A stretch of 64,000 bases of DNA from Ignavibacteria bacterium RIFCSPLOWO2_12_FULL_56_21 (GTDB lineage: Bacteria; Bacteroidota; Ignavibacteria; UBA10030). The position numbers and the translations under genes were made by a program. The stretch's first letter is position 1; every line of letters starts with the position of its first letter. Positions 29,821-40,217 of this stretch are shown in pieces. Location of the stretch: the NCBI GenBank assembly GCA_001802945.1, contig MHAK01000080.1:687-64686 (forward strand), written 5' to 3'. Under the pieces are notes generated by a model. It was not told the DNA's origin, made no database searches, and worked only from the letters and a program-made list of their open reading frames with translations.

Positions 29821-30363
29821 ATGAAAAAACTCTCCCTAGTGGTCCTTTGCCTCGCGTTGGCCTCTTCCGTTATGGTCGGCCAGCTGCGGAAGGGTGCCAT
29901 GGGCGTCACCGGGGGCGTTGGATCATCCAACACCCTGGGAGTCGCGTATGCGATGAGCGAGAATATGCGGCTGGGCATTGACCTAGTGTTCAGTTCCGCT
30001 TCAACAACGACAACGCTTACGGCAGGCGACGACAAGGATACTCAGTCAGACCTCGGTGTCGGTCTGAGCGCAAAGTTCTATATGGCAACAGCAGAGAACC
30101 TGTCCACGTACGTCGGTGGAGCCGTTGGGTTTGAATCCGTGTCAGTGGAAAACATGCCTCCGGGTGGCGTAACGACCAAATACAGCGCGTCGGGATTCCA
30201 AATTGGCGCGATGTATGGGGCCGAGTACTGGTTTTCGTCGAAGTTTTCATGGTACGGCCATGTCGGATTGGGCTACAGCAGCCTTTCGTCCGATGGACCG
30301 CCGAAAATTTCTTCATCGTTGATTTCAACATCCTACGGCACAGGCCTGACCTGGTATCTGTAG
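29821..30363 (+). CDS. Small outer-membrane beta-barrel protein
   Basis: AGGAGG RBS; signal peptide MKKLSLVVLCLALASS; amphipathic strands, GAEYWF; ends GLTWYL. Confidence 0.8.
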   Translation: MKKLSLVVLCLALASSVMVGQLRKGAMGVTGGVGSSNTLGVAYAMSENMRLGIDLVFSSASTTTTLTAGDDKDTQSDLGVGLSAKFYMATAENLSTYVGGAVGFESVSVENMPPGGVTTKYSASGFQIGAMYGAEYWFSSKFSWYGHVGLGYSSLSSDGPPKISSSLISTSYGTGLTWYL

Positions 30364-30384
30364 GAATTCGTTTGGATAGGACAC

Positions 30385-30416
30385 AAGGAGAGAACTTCGG
30401 TTCTCTCTTTTTTTTT
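30385..30416 (+). terminator. Intrinsic terminator
   Basis: gagagaac-ttcg-gttctctc followed by T9. Confidence 0.85.
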
Positions 30417-30478
30417 CTCCTTATCCTGACTGAGTCCACCGTCTTGTCCAACGGTCAATAATTTCGTACGTTGTCCTC

Positions 30479-31975
30479 GTGAGAGAATTCGCACACGCCG
30501 AAGGCAAGCCCCGCTGCAATTGCGGCATTTTTGGGATCTTTGGCCATCCCAAAGCTGCGGTGCAAACCTACTACGGACTGCATGCCCTTCAGCATAGGGG
30601 GCAAGAGGCGAGCGGAATCGTTACCCGGGAGTATGTCGAAGACAAGAAACGATGGCGCTTTAACGTCCACAAAGGGGCCGGGCTTGTCACGGAAGTGTAC
30701 CGGGATGAACGCATACTCCGTGACGTGCTCCAGGGGAATGGAGCGATAGGTCACAATCGGTACTCAACGACCGGCGCTTCAGACAACAACGCGAACATCC
30801 AACCCCTTGTCGTTAATTACAGGGACGGCAACCTAGCCGTCGCTCACAACGGAAATCTGACGAATTTTCGGACCCTCCGCCAATCCCTCCAGGACAAGGG
30901 GACGATCTTCCAGTCAACGTCTGACACGGAAGTCCTTCTCCATCTGGTCGCTCACAGCAGGCAGGAACAGCAGATCTACCAGATCCGGGAAGCACTGGAG
31001 GCTGTCGAAGGGGCGTTTTCGATTGTGATGCTCACAGACAATGCCTTGATCGCAGCGCGAGATCCTCATGGATTCCGTCCACTCGCACTGGGCAAGCTGG
31101 GAACTTCGTTCGTCGTTGCTTCCGAGACCTGTGCGTTCGACATCATCGGTGCGGAATACGTCTGCGACGTCGAACCGGGTGAGATCCTGGTGATTGACGA
31201 TGAGGCGGTCGAATCCGGCGCTGTGAAGTCCTACCATCTCGCGAAGAAGAGCCCCTCTCCACATCACTGTATCTTTGAATACGTCTATTTTTCCCGTCCC
31301 GACAGCAAGATCTACGGCGAAAACGTCGACAAAGTGCGTCGCAAATTGGGTAAACTGCTTGCCCAAGAATCGCCGGTAAACAAGGGGGAAGAGGGGGAAA
31401 AGGTTGTCGTCATCAGCGTTCCCGATTCGAGCAACACGGCCACCCTGGGCTTCGTCACTGAAAGCCAGCTGGCGGGTCATGAAGTCAAAATGGAACTGGG
31501 ATTGATCAGGAGCCATTATGTCGGCCGGACATTCATTGCTCCCGACCAGAATAACAGGGAAATGAAGGTCAAGACCAAGTTCAATACGGTCAAAGGCGTG
31601 CTCCAGGGCAAGAAGGTGGTCATCGTCGACGACTCAATCGTTCGGGGTACAACTTCCCGGCAACTGGTAAAATTGATCAAAGAGGCCGGCCCAAAAGAGG
31701 TGCATGTCAGGATCACTTCTCCTCCCATCAAGTATCCATGTCACTTTGGAATGGATTTCCCAAGCAAGCAGGAGCTGGTTGCCAATCGATGCGGCGGCGA
31801 TGTCGAGCAGATACGGGAATACCTCGATGTCGATAGTCTGGCCTATCTTTCGCTCGAAAAACTCCTTGAAGCGGCACCTCAGGAAAATGGCCGAAGTTAT
31901 TGCACGGCGTGTTTCAGCGGCGTGTATCCGGCGCCGATAGACGACGATGCATCCAAAGACGCAAACGACGTCTGA
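30479..31975 (+). CDS. purF: Amidophosphoribosyltransferase
   Basis: CGIFG after propeptide, QHRGQE, GHNRYST, CIFEYVYFSRPDS, VDDSIVRGTTS, CTACF. Confidence 0.97.
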   Translation: MREFAHAEGKPRCNCGIFGIFGHPKAAVQTYYGLHALQHRGQEASGIVTREYVEDKKRWRFNVHKGAGLVTEVYRDERILRDVLQGNGAIGHNRYSTTGASDNNANIQPLVVNYRDGNLAVAHNGNLTNFRTLRQSLQDKGTIFQSTSDTEVLLHLVAHSRQEQQIYQIREALEAVEGAFSIVMLTDNALIAARDPHGFRPLALGKLGTSFVVASETCAFDIIGAEYVCDVEPGEILVIDDEAVESGAVKSYHLAKKSPSPHHCIFEYVYFSRPDSKIYGENVDKVRRKLGKLLAQESPVNKGEEGEKVVVISVPDSSNTATLGFVTESQLAGHEVKMELGLIRSHYVGRTFIAPDQNNREMKVKTKFNTVKGVLQGKKVVIVDDSIVRGTTSRQLVKLIKEAGPKEVHVRITSPPIKYPCHFGMDFPSKQELVANRCGGDVEQIREYLDVDSLAYLSLEKLLEAAPQENGRSYCTACFSGVYPAPIDDDASKDANDV

Positions 31976-32523
31976 TGCTCGAACGGATTTGGACAGTTTC
32001 AACACTCCTCAGCCTCAGCAGGATCGCCCTCGTCGTTCCATTCGCCGTTTGTCTCCTTGTCGATTTTCCGAATCACAGACTGTGGGCGGCGGCGGTTATT
32101 GCGGCCGGCGTTGTGACCGATTTTCTCGACGGATATTTGGCGCGGCGACGGCATGAGGTGACAGATCTTGGAAAGATCGTCGACCCGATCGCCGACAAAG
32201 TGGGCATTGGGGTGTCCATCGGCCTCCTTGCATGGACCGGTGACATTTCGTGGTGGTTCGTTGCGGCCGTCATCCTTCGCGACCTTCTTATCGTCATCGG
32301 GGGAGTCTACATACGCCGGCGTAAAAAGATCGTCGTTCAATCGAATTGGCCGGGCAAAGTCGCCGTCAGCGCGTTGGCCGTTCTTGTCCTCCTGTCGCTC
32401 GTGCGTGTGGAATCGATGGAGTGGTTTCGGTCGCTAACGTTGTGGTTCAGTCTGGCGATGATGACGGTGTCGTTTGCGATCTACGTGCAGAGACTGTTCG
32501 TCGGCCGCCGGTCAGCGTCTTGA
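31975..32523 (+). CDS. CDP-alcohol phosphatidyltransferase (PgsA-like)
   Basis: TDFLDGYLARR....T.LGKIVDPIADK signature. Confidence 0.9.
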   Translation: MLERIWTVSTLLSLSRIALVVPFAVCLLVDFPNHRLWAAAVIAAGVVTDFLDGYLARRRHEVTDLGKIVDPIADKVGIGVSIGLLAWTGDISWWFVAAVILRDLLIVIGGVYIRRRKKIVVQSNWPGKVAVSALAVLVLLSLVRVESMEWFRSLTLWFSLAMMTVSFAIYVQRLFVGRRSAS

Positions 32524-32528
32524 CAGCC

Positions 32529-33479
32529 ATGGGACTGGGAGACTTCTTTTCGAGATTGCGCGAGGGCCTTGCCCGTACAAATGAATCCCTCGTCGTTCGG
32601 GTGCAGGAGATCCTGGCGACGCGGACAACGTTGGACGAAGCCACGGTGACCCGCATTGAGGAGACACTTCTTACAGCCGATGTTGGCGTGACGACGACGG
32701 CTGCGATCATCGACCGGCTAAGGCGGGAGGTAAAAGAACATGGTGTCGTGAGGCCCGAGGATACTGTCCGGTTGCTGCGCGAAGAAATCGAGCGCGTTTT
32801 GAGCGGATCGGCTTCTCCTGGGGAGCCAGGCATTCTTCCGGATCAGCCGAGGCCGTATGTGATCATGGTTGTAGGGGTCAACGGCGCCGGCAAAACAACG
32901 ACTGTCGGAAAGCTCGCTCATGTGTTCCATCGTTCCGGGTTGTCTGTCCTCGTCGGCGCGGCAGACACATTCCGGGCCGCCGCGAACGAACAGCTCGATG
33001 TGTGGGCCAATCGTGCGGGTGCGGACATCATACGACAGTCTTCGGGAGCGGACCCGGCATCCGTGGTGTTTGATACAGTCAGCGCGGCTGCGGCACGGGG
33101 GACGGACGTCGTGCTGCTCGATACCGCCGGACGTTTACACACGAAAGCTCATCTCATGGAAGAGCTGCGCAAGATCCGTCGCGCAGCGGGAAAACGTCTC
33201 GAGGGATCGCCGCATGAGGTACTGTTGGTACTCGATGCCACGACCGGACAGAATGGGCTGCAACAAGCGATGAAGTTTGGGGAAGCAGCGGACGTGACCG
33301 GACTTGTCTTGACGAAGCTTGATGGGACTGCAAAAGGGGGCGTGGTATTGGCCATTGCCGCCGAGCGAAAGCTTCCGGTCCGGTTTGTCGGTTTTGGTGA
33401 AGGGATCGACGATCTTCAACCGTTTGAGCCGCACACATTTGCGCGTGCATTGCTTGGAATGCCGGCAGAGGAACATTGA
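32529..33479 (+). CDS. ftsY: Signal recognition particle receptor
   Basis: GVNGAGKTT, DTFRAAA, DTAGR, TKLDGTAKGG. Confidence 0.96.
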   Translation: MGLGDFFSRLREGLARTNESLVVRVQEILATRTTLDEATVTRIEETLLTADVGVTTTAAIIDRLRREVKEHGVVRPEDTVRLLREEIERVLSGSASPGEPGILPDQPRPYVIMVVGVNGAGKTTTVGKLAHVFHRSGLSVLVGAADTFRAAANEQLDVWANRAGADIIRQSSGADPASVVFDTVSAAAARGTDVVLLDTAGRLHTKAHLMEELRKIRRAAGKRLEGSPHEVLLVLDATTGQNGLQQAMKFGEAADVTGLVLTKLDGTAKGGVVLAIAAERKLPVRFVGFGEGIDDLQPFEPHTFARALLGMPAEEH

Positions 33480-33522
33480 TCAGTATCAACGCGAACCTAC
33501 GGGCATTCCTGATCGACCTACA

Positions 33523-34539
33523 ATGAAACTCACCTTTCGCAGATACGACCTTCGTTTACGCCACACGTTCACCATCGCCCGTGGTTCTTCCGACATCGAC
33601 CCCGTGATCGTGATCGAAGTAGAGCATGACGGTATTGTCGGGCTCGGCGAGTCGGCTCCATCCGGTCGGTATGGCGAGTCGGTCGATACCGTCGAGAAGT
33701 TTCTGCGCTCTTTCGATCTCTCAATGTTCACAGACCCGTTTCAGCTGGAATCCATACTTGCGGCTGTGGACGGACATGCAGAGGGAAATCCGTCGGCGAA
33801 GGCGGCAATCGATTTGGCGCTGCACGACTGGATCGGAAAACGACTTGGTGTTCCGCTTTACAAATACTGGGGGCTCGACCCTTCGGCCACCCCTGTCACG
33901 TCATTCACGATCGGCATCGATACACCGGAAATGGTCGAAAAAAAAGTGCGTGAAGCGGAGGCGTACCCGCTGCTGAAGATAAAGCTGGGCGGGGAAAACG
34001 ATCGGGAAATCATGAAGGCCATCAGAAGGGCGACGAAGAAAAAGATCCGTGTGGATGCCAACGAAGGATGGACGGCGAAGGAAACGGCGTTGGAACGCGT
34101 GAAATGGCTGGAGCAGGAGGGGGTCGAATTTGTGGAGCAGCCGATGCCGGCAAAGGACCTTGCCGGTACGGCATGGCTTCGGGAGCGATCACCGTTGCCC
34201 CTGATCGCGGATGAAAACTGCGTCCGGCTCACGGACATTCCAAAGCTTCAGGGGGTGTTCGACGGCATCAACATCAAGCTCATGAAATGCACTGGCCTTC
34301 GCGAGGCTTTCTCCATGATCCGTACCGCTCGCGCGTGCGGACTGAAGACGATGATGGGCTGCATGATCGAGTCGTCCATTGCGATCACTGCTGGGGCCCA
34401 TCTTTCGCCTCTCCTGGATTATGCGGACCTCGACGGCAATATACTCATTACCAACGACCCCTACGACGGCGTCCGAGTTGAGAACGGAAGGCTCGTGTTG
34501 ACCGATCGTCCGGGGATCGGCGTGGTGCCGCGCGCCTAG
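33523..34539 (+). CDS. Dipeptide (L-Ala-D/L-Glu) epimerase, enolase superfamily
   Basis: HTFTIARG, KIKLG, VDANEGW, EQP, DE, NIKLMK, GCMIE, DLDG. Confidence 0.9.
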   Translation: MKLTFRRYDLRLRHTFTIARGSSDIDPVIVIEVEHDGIVGLGESAPSGRYGESVDTVEKFLRSFDLSMFTDPFQLESILAAVDGHAEGNPSAKAAIDLALHDWIGKRLGVPLYKYWGLDPSATPVTSFTIGIDTPEMVEKKVREAEAYPLLKIKLGGENDREIMKAIRRATKKKIRVDANEGWTAKETALERVKWLEQEGVEFVEQPMPAKDLAGTAWLRERSPLPLIADENCVRLTDIPKLQGVFDGINIKLMKCTGLREAFSMIRTARACGLKTMMGCMIESSIAITAGAHLSPLLDYADLDGNILITNDPYDGVRVENGRLVLTDRPGIGVVPRA

Positions 34540-34550
34540 CACGCATGCAC

Positions 34551-36377
34551 ATGTCTGAATCGATCCACATCTTGCCCCCCGAATTGGCCAACAGAATCGC
34601 CGCCGGCGAAGTAGTGCAGCGACCGGCGTCGGCTGTGAAGGAGCTTATTGAGAACGCCCTCGATGCGGGAGCCCATCGGATCGAGATTTATGTCCGGGAT
34701 GCGGGGAAGACGTTGATCCAGGTGATCGATGACGGCACTGGCATGAACGAAGCGGACGCACTGATGTCGTTCCGGCGTCATGCGACGAGCAAGATCGGTT
34801 CCGTGGAAGACCTGGAGCGCATCACAACACTTGGTTTCCGCGGTGAAGCGCTGGCCTCAATCGCTGCCGTTGCACAGGTCGAACTCAAGTCCCGCTCAAG
34901 TTCTGACGATGTCGCGACGGTATTACGCATTGACGGCGATATAGTCAAGGAGATGTCAAAGGACTCTGGTGCGCGGGGTACTACCGTCACTGTCAAGAAT
35001 CTCTTTTACAACACTCCAGCCCGTCGGAATTTCCTCAAGACGCGGCACACGGAACTGAAGAACATAACCGACACTGTTATACGAGGCGCTCTCGCATATC
35101 CGGAAGTGGCTTGGCTGCTGGTGAGCGACGACGAAACGCTTCTGGATGTGCCGCCCCAGGAGGCCCGGATCCGCGCAACAGCGGTGCTCGGAGAGCGCGT
35201 GGGTGCGTCGCTGATGGCCTGCTCGGAGGCGACCGAGTACGTATCCGTGGAAGGTTATCTTGCTCGGCCCGAGTATGCACGGAAGACCCGAACGGACCAA
35301 TATCTGTTTCTCAATCGTCGTCCGATTGTCAGCAAAATGATCGGGCACGCAGTATTCCAGGGATACGAACATCTGCTGATCAGCGGTGGATTTCCTCTGT
35401 ATGTGCTCCACGTGAACATCGACCCCCAACGGGTCGACGTGAATGTGCATCCGTCGAAGCTGGAAGTGAAGTTCGAAAATGAATCGACAATCTATCGCAT
35501 GGTCCTTTCGGTCGTCAGGAAGACGCTCGCAATGAACGACCTTGCTCCCCGAGTGGAATTCCGAGACGGTATGGCGGTCGACCCGGATGTCGACAGATTC
35601 GCTCTTCGTCCGGCACAAACATCGTCCACCGACGCCGGAGCGCCGATCTTCGCGTTCCGGCCCGACGCGATGCCGGCAGTATTACCGTCGGAGGGGAAGT
35701 CGACCATACTGCCTCTGAGCCGGCCGCAGACGGGCCGGAATTCCGGGTCGGCGCCCGACGTGCCCGAGGAGTTCGAGCATCGGAGGGCTGCGAGGCCGGG
35801 AGAGACCGAGGCTCGCGCAATATGGCAGATCCAGAACAAGTATATCATCTCGCAGGTGAGGTCCGGACTCGTTATTGTCGACCAGCACGTTGCTCATGAG
35901 CGCATCCTGTATGAACGCGTGCTGGCAAATTTTGAGAACAGCCTTCCTGTCATTCAACAGCTCCTGTTCCCGCAAACGCTGGAACTCCCGGCCGGAGATT
36001 ATGCGCTGGTGAAAGACCTGGAACCTCACTTACGGCAATTGGGGTTCGATCTGAAGGTGTTTGGCAGGAATACTGTGGTCATCGAAGGCATACCTGCGGA
36101 TGTCAAGCCGGGGAGCGAACAAAAGATCCTGACGGATGTGCTCGAGGATTTCAAGGCGAACGAACATGCTTCCGTCATCGATGTGCGGGACAGGCTTGCG
36201 AAGTCGTTCGCATGCAAAGCAGCGATCAAAGCTGGAGATCCGCTGAATGCGCAGGAAATGACGGTCTTAATCGAGCAATTATTCCTGACGAACATGCCGT
36301 ATGTCTGTCCACACGGCCGGCCTGTCGTGATCCGTATTCCCGTCGAAGAATTAGACCGTCGGTTTGGTCGGACGTAA
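34551..36377 (+). CDS. mutL: DNA mismatch repair protein MutL
   Basis: NRIAAGEVVQRPASAVKELIENALDA, GFRGEAL, DQHVAHERILYE, ACKAAIK, CPHGRP. Confidence 0.97.
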   Translation: MSESIHILPPELANRIAAGEVVQRPASAVKELIENALDAGAHRIEIYVRDAGKTLIQVIDDGTGMNEADALMSFRRHATSKIGSVEDLERITTLGFRGEALASIAAVAQVELKSRSSSDDVATVLRIDGDIVKEMSKDSGARGTTVTVKNLFYNTPARRNFLKTRHTELKNITDTVIRGALAYPEVAWLLVSDDETLLDVPPQEARIRATAVLGERVGASLMACSEATEYVSVEGYLARPEYARKTRTDQYLFLNRRPIVSKMIGHAVFQGYEHLLISGGFPLYVLHVNIDPQRVDVNVHPSKLEVKFENESTIYRMVLSVVRKTLAMNDLAPRVEFRDGMAVDPDVDRFALRPAQTSSTDAGAPIFAFRPDAMPAVLPSEGKSTILPLSRPQTGRNSGSAPDVPEEFEHRRAARPGETEARAIWQIQNKYIISQVRSGLVIVDQHVAHERILYERVLANFENSLPVIQQLLFPQTLELPAGDYALVKDLEPHLRQLGFDLKVFGRNTVVIEGIPADVKPGSEQKILTDVLEDFKANEHASVIDVRDRLAKSFACKAAIKAGDPLNAQEMTVLIEQLFLTNMPYVCPHGRPVVIRIPVEELDRRFGRT

Positions 36378-36421
36378 ACCACTTCACCTCGAAGTCATAA
36401 CCATTTACGCAAAGGTGCTGC

Positions 36422-38086
36422 ATGCAGGACGGCAAGAATGACCTGAGACGACATCATGAGCAGTGGCTTGCAAAGACGTCCTCGCAAGGGAAAGTGCGGG
36501 AGGCTGTGTTTACCACGGTCAGCGGCGCGCCAATCGAGGCGCTGTATACGCCCCTCGATGTCGAAAAGATGAATTTTCTTTCGGACATCGGATATCCGGG
36601 AGAATATCCCTATACCCGTGGCATCCACCCGACCGGCTATCGGGGAAGACTGTGGACGATGCGGCAATTTGCCGGCTTTGGCACGCCGGAAGACACAAAT
36701 GCCCGGTACAAGTATTTGTTGAATCATGGTCAGACCGGACTTTCCGTTGCCTTCGATCTTCCCACATTGATGGGACGGGATGCGGACGATGTCCTGTCGA
36801 TCGGCGAAGTCGGTATATGCGGGGTGTCTGTGAGCTCCCTGGCCGATATGGAGGTCCTGTTTCAGGGAATCAACGTCGGGGACATTTCGACTTCGATGAC
36901 GATCAACGCTCCCGCAGTGAACCTGATGGCCATGTATCTGGCCGTCGCCCAGGAACAGAAGGTCGCATTTGCGAAGCTTCGGGGCACGATCCAGGCAGAT
37001 ATATTGAAGGAATACATTGCGCAAAAGGAGTGGATCTATCCGCCCGAGCCCTCGATGCGTTTGATCATCGACATGTTCGAATACATGAACAGGGAAGTCC
37101 CGCAATGGAACCCGATTTCCGTCAGCGGGTACCATATCCGGGAAGCGGGTTCGACCTCTGTTCAGGAACTGGCGTTCACTTTGGCAGATGGATTCGCTTA
37201 CGTGGAAGCTGGAATCGCCCGTGGTTTGAACGTCGATGAATTCGTCCCCCGCATTTCGTTCTTTTTCAACTCTCATGTCGATTTCTTCGAGGAAATAGCG
37301 AAATTCCGCGCCGCGCGGCGCATATGGTCAAGGCGGATGAGGGACAAGTATGGAGCAAAATCTTCGAAGTCTTGGATGCTGCGCTTCCATACCCAGACAG
37401 CTGGATGTTCGCTAACGGCACAGCAGCCCGAGAACAACATCGTCAGAACCGCCGTGGAGGCTCTTGCGGGAGTTCTGGGTGGGACCCAGTCGCTCCATAC
37501 AAATTCGATGGACGAGACACTCGCCCTGCCGTCCGAGAAGGCCGCGAAGATTGCATTGCGAACGCAGCAGATTCTGGCCTACGAAACGGGCGTGGCAAAC
37601 ACGATCGATCCGTTGGCCGGCAGCTATTTTATCGAAGCGTTAACGACACGGATGGAGGAAGAAGCTGAACAGTATTTCGAGAAAATCGACGCAATCGGCG
37701 GAGTTATCCCGGCGATCGAGGCAGGGTTCTTCCAGAAGGAGATCGCCGAAGCGGCCTACCGGTATCAGCGGGAACTGGATCGAAAAGAGAAGATCATCGT
37801 TGGTGTCAACGATTTTGTCGAGGAGGGAGAGAGTATTCAGATCCCGATTCTGCAGATCTCACCGGAAGTCGAGAAGAAGCAGCGGCAGCGACTAGCGGAC
37901 GTGCGTCAAAGCAGGGATCAGGCGAAAGTGAACGAAGCTCTCGACGCATTACGCAGGGCCGCCTCGGAAGGGTCGAATATCATGCCGCCGTTGCTTGCAT
38001 CTGTGCGGGCATACGCCACATTGGGTGAACAATGCAACGCTCTGGCCGAAGTGTTTGGCGTGTATGAAGAACCGGCCGTATTCTGA
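36422..38086 (+). CDS. Methylmalonyl-CoA mutase family, substrate-binding subunit
   Basis: [44 protein letters not shown]. Confidence 0.93.
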   Translation: MQDGKNDLRRHHEQWLAKTSSQGKVREAVFTTVSGAPIEALYTPLDVEKMNFLSDIGYPGEYPYTRGIHPTGYRGRLWTMRQFAGFGTPEDTNARYKYLLNHGQTGLSVAFDLPTLMGRDADDVLSIGEVGICGVSVSSLADMEVLFQGINVGDISTSMTINAPAVNLMAMYLAVAQEQKVAFAKLRGTIQADILKEYIAQKEWIYPPEPSMRLIIDMFEYMNREVPQWNPISVSGYHIREAGSTSVQELAFTLADGFAYVEAGIARGLNVDEFVPRISFFFNSHVDFFEEIAKFRAARRIWSRRMRDKYGAKSSKSWMLRFHTQTAGCSLTAQQPENNIVRTAVEALAGVLGGTQSLHTNSMDETLALPSEKAAKIALRTQQILAYETGVANTIDPLAGSYFIEALTTRMEEEAEQYFEKIDAIGGVIPAIEAGFFQKEIAEAAYRYQRELDRKEKIIVGVNDFVEEGESIQIPILQISPEVEKKQRQRLADVRQSRDQAKVNEALDALRRAASEGSNIMPPLLASVRAYATLGEQCNALAEVFGVYEEPAVF

Positions 38087-38131
38087 TCCGTTTCGCTTCC
38101 AGCACAACTAGACAGCGACAATAGGGCGCCC

Positions 38132-39031
38132 ATGCCATCGGTCCTTCGGCTTCTCCGTCCTCAACAATGGGTGAAGAATGCCTTTCTGTTTGCCCCGCTG
38201 GTGTTTTCGAAGCATCTGTTCGACACTGCGTTTTTCGAACGGGAACTCATTGCGGTCGGCGTGTTTTGTCTCATCTCGAGCGTCGTCTATATTGTCAACG
38301 ACATTGCCGATCGCGAGTCTGACCGTCTCCACCCCGTCAAACGATCTCGCCCGATTGCCTCGGGAGCGATCGCACCAACGGTTGCAATGGGAATCGGAGC
38401 ATGCCTCCTGGCTCTCGGCGCGTACGGAGCGTTCTGGCTGGGGAATCGGTATGCGCTCTCGCTGGGCGTGTACTTCGTACTGAACCTCGCGTATTCGTTC
38501 GGGTTGAAGCAGGTAATGTTGTTGGATGTCTTCATCATCGCGGCCGGATTCATGCTCAGGGTACTGGCAGGCACATTTGCCATTGGCGTACCGGCCTCCC
38601 CATGGCTGATCCTGTGTACACTGTTCGTCTCGGTATTCCTAGCGGTCTCAAAGCGGCGGGCGGAAATACTGCTGAGCATAGAGCAGGAATCCGAAGTGGC
38701 CAGGCCGGTGTTGAAAAGTTATGATCTCCACTTCATCGACCAAATGATGACCGTTTCGGCATCCGGGATGGCGATATCGTACGCGCTCTATACGGTCGCA
38801 CAAAGAACCGTCGAAGTGTTCGGGACGGAGAACCTGATCTTTACGACGGTCTTTGTTCTGTTCGGGATCTTCCGCTATCTGTTCCTCATCCGGGCCCACA
38901 AAACCGACGACAATCCGACCCATCTTTTGCTGTCCGACCTTCCAATGATGCTGAATGTCCTCGCCTGGTTCTTCGCGTGCGTGTTCATCATCTATGCCGA
39001 AGCTTCCCATACATTGTCGGATATCCTATGA
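38132..39031 (+). CDS. Decaprenyl-phosphate phosphoribosyltransferase (UbiA family)
   Basis: RPQQWVKN, Y..NDIADRESDRLHPVKRSRPIASG, KRRAE, FGIFRY. Confidence 0.88.
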   Translation: MPSVLRLLRPQQWVKNAFLFAPLVFSKHLFDTAFFERELIAVGVFCLISSVVYIVNDIADRESDRLHPVKRSRPIASGAIAPTVAMGIGACLLALGAYGAFWLGNRYALSLGVYFVLNLAYSFGLKQVMLLDVFIIAAGFMLRVLAGTFAIGVPASPWLILCTLFVSVFLAVSKRRAEILLSIEQESEVARPVLKSYDLHFIDQMMTVSASGMAISYALYTVAQRTVEVFGTENLIFTTVFVLFGIFRYLFLIRAHKTDDNPTHLLLSDLPMMLNVLAWFFACVFIIYAEASHTLSDIL

Positions 39032-40170
39032 AGCTTCCTGAACCAAAGTCTCCGTCGCGCATCACGGGACTTCCGCATGCCAGTCCGGTCGTTGCAGTCG
39101 TCCGCACGCGTCCCGAATCCGTTCTCGAAGATGTGCAGCGTGCGATGGCTCTTGCGGGGGTCCGGAATGCATTGAAACCCGGAGCAACAACGATCCTCAA
39201 GGACAACATCTCGTGGCACTTTCCGTTTCCGGGGGCGAATTCGACGCCGTGGCAGCTGGAAGGAACGGTACTGGGATTGCGAAAGAACGGCTTGAACGAC
39301 CTAGTGTGCGTGCAAAACAAGACGGTGGTGACGGATGCTTTCAAAGGCGAAGACCTGAACAAGTACGTGCCTATCTTCAAAAAGTACGATATTCCTGTCC
39401 GTTTCAATTTTCGCGACAGCGACATGAAGTGGGTTGATTTTCGTCCTCGGTCATCGATGCTCGTGCTCGATCAGATATTCCCCGAAGGGATGAAGATCCC
39501 CGATTTCTTCGCAGGGAAGAACATTGTTCACCTGCCCACGGTCAAGTGTCACATCTACACGACGACGACTGGTGCGATGAAAAACGCCTTTGGCGGTCTT
39601 CTGAACACGCATCGGCACTACACCCATTCATGGATTCATGAAACCCTCGTCGACCTCCTGGCCGTGCAGAAAGAGATCCACAGCGGGATATTCGCGGTCA
39701 TGGACGGTACGACAGCGGGGAACGGGCCGGGACCACGGACGATGTATCCAGAACAGAAAGATGTGATCCTTGCCAGTGGGGATCAGGTTGCCATCGATGC
39801 CGTCGCCGCAAAAATGATGGGCTTCGACCCAATGGGGATCAAGTACATCAACCTCGCCCACCAGCGGGGTCTGGGTTGCGGTGATCCGCGCGAGATCACC
39901 GTTGTCGGCGAGGACATCTCTTCCGTCAACTGGAACTTCTCTGTCGGGGACAACGGCGCCAGTCTGGTCGGAGATATTCTGTGGTTCAGTCCACTGAAAC
40001 GGTTTCAAAACCTCTTCTTCCGGACGCCGCTCGTGCATTTCTTCATCTTCGGGTCCGAAGCGTATCACGACTACTACCGGTGGCCGCTGAAGGATCGCCG
40101 GACCTTCAAAGACTGGCTCAAGCGTTCCCCATGGGGGAAGTTGTTTGCAGCATACGGCGACAGGGTGTGA
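39028..40170 (+). CDS. DUF362 domain-containing protein
   Basis: ILKDNISW...STPWQLEG, LPTVKCH..T.TTGAMKNAFG, DG..A.NGP, D.VAIDAVAAKMMGFDP. Confidence 0.85.
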   Translation: MKLPEPKSPSRITGLPHASPVVAVVRTRPESVLEDVQRAMALAGVRNALKPGATTILKDNISWHFPFPGANSTPWQLEGTVLGLRKNGLNDLVCVQNKTVVTDAFKGEDLNKYVPIFKKYDIPVRFNFRDSDMKWVDFRPRSSMLVLDQIFPEGMKIPDFFAGKNIVHLPTVKCHIYTTTTGAMKNAFGGLLNTHRHYTHSWIHETLVDLLAVQKEIHSGIFAVMDGTTAGNGPGPRTMYPEQKDVILASGDQVAIDAVAAKMMGFDPMGIKYINLAHQRGLGCGDPREITVVGEDISSVNWNFSVGDNGASLVGDILWFSPLKRFQNLFFRTPLVHFFIFGSEAYHDYYRWPLKDRRTFKDWLKRSPWGKLFAAYGDRV

Positions 40171-40217
40171 GCCCCGGCCGATCTTTCGTTTGCCGTCATC
40201 CCGTGTCCTGAAGAATC

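Noticed and set aside
36395-37276. 293-aa minus-strand ORF
   Set aside because: Antisense shadow of the mutase gene.
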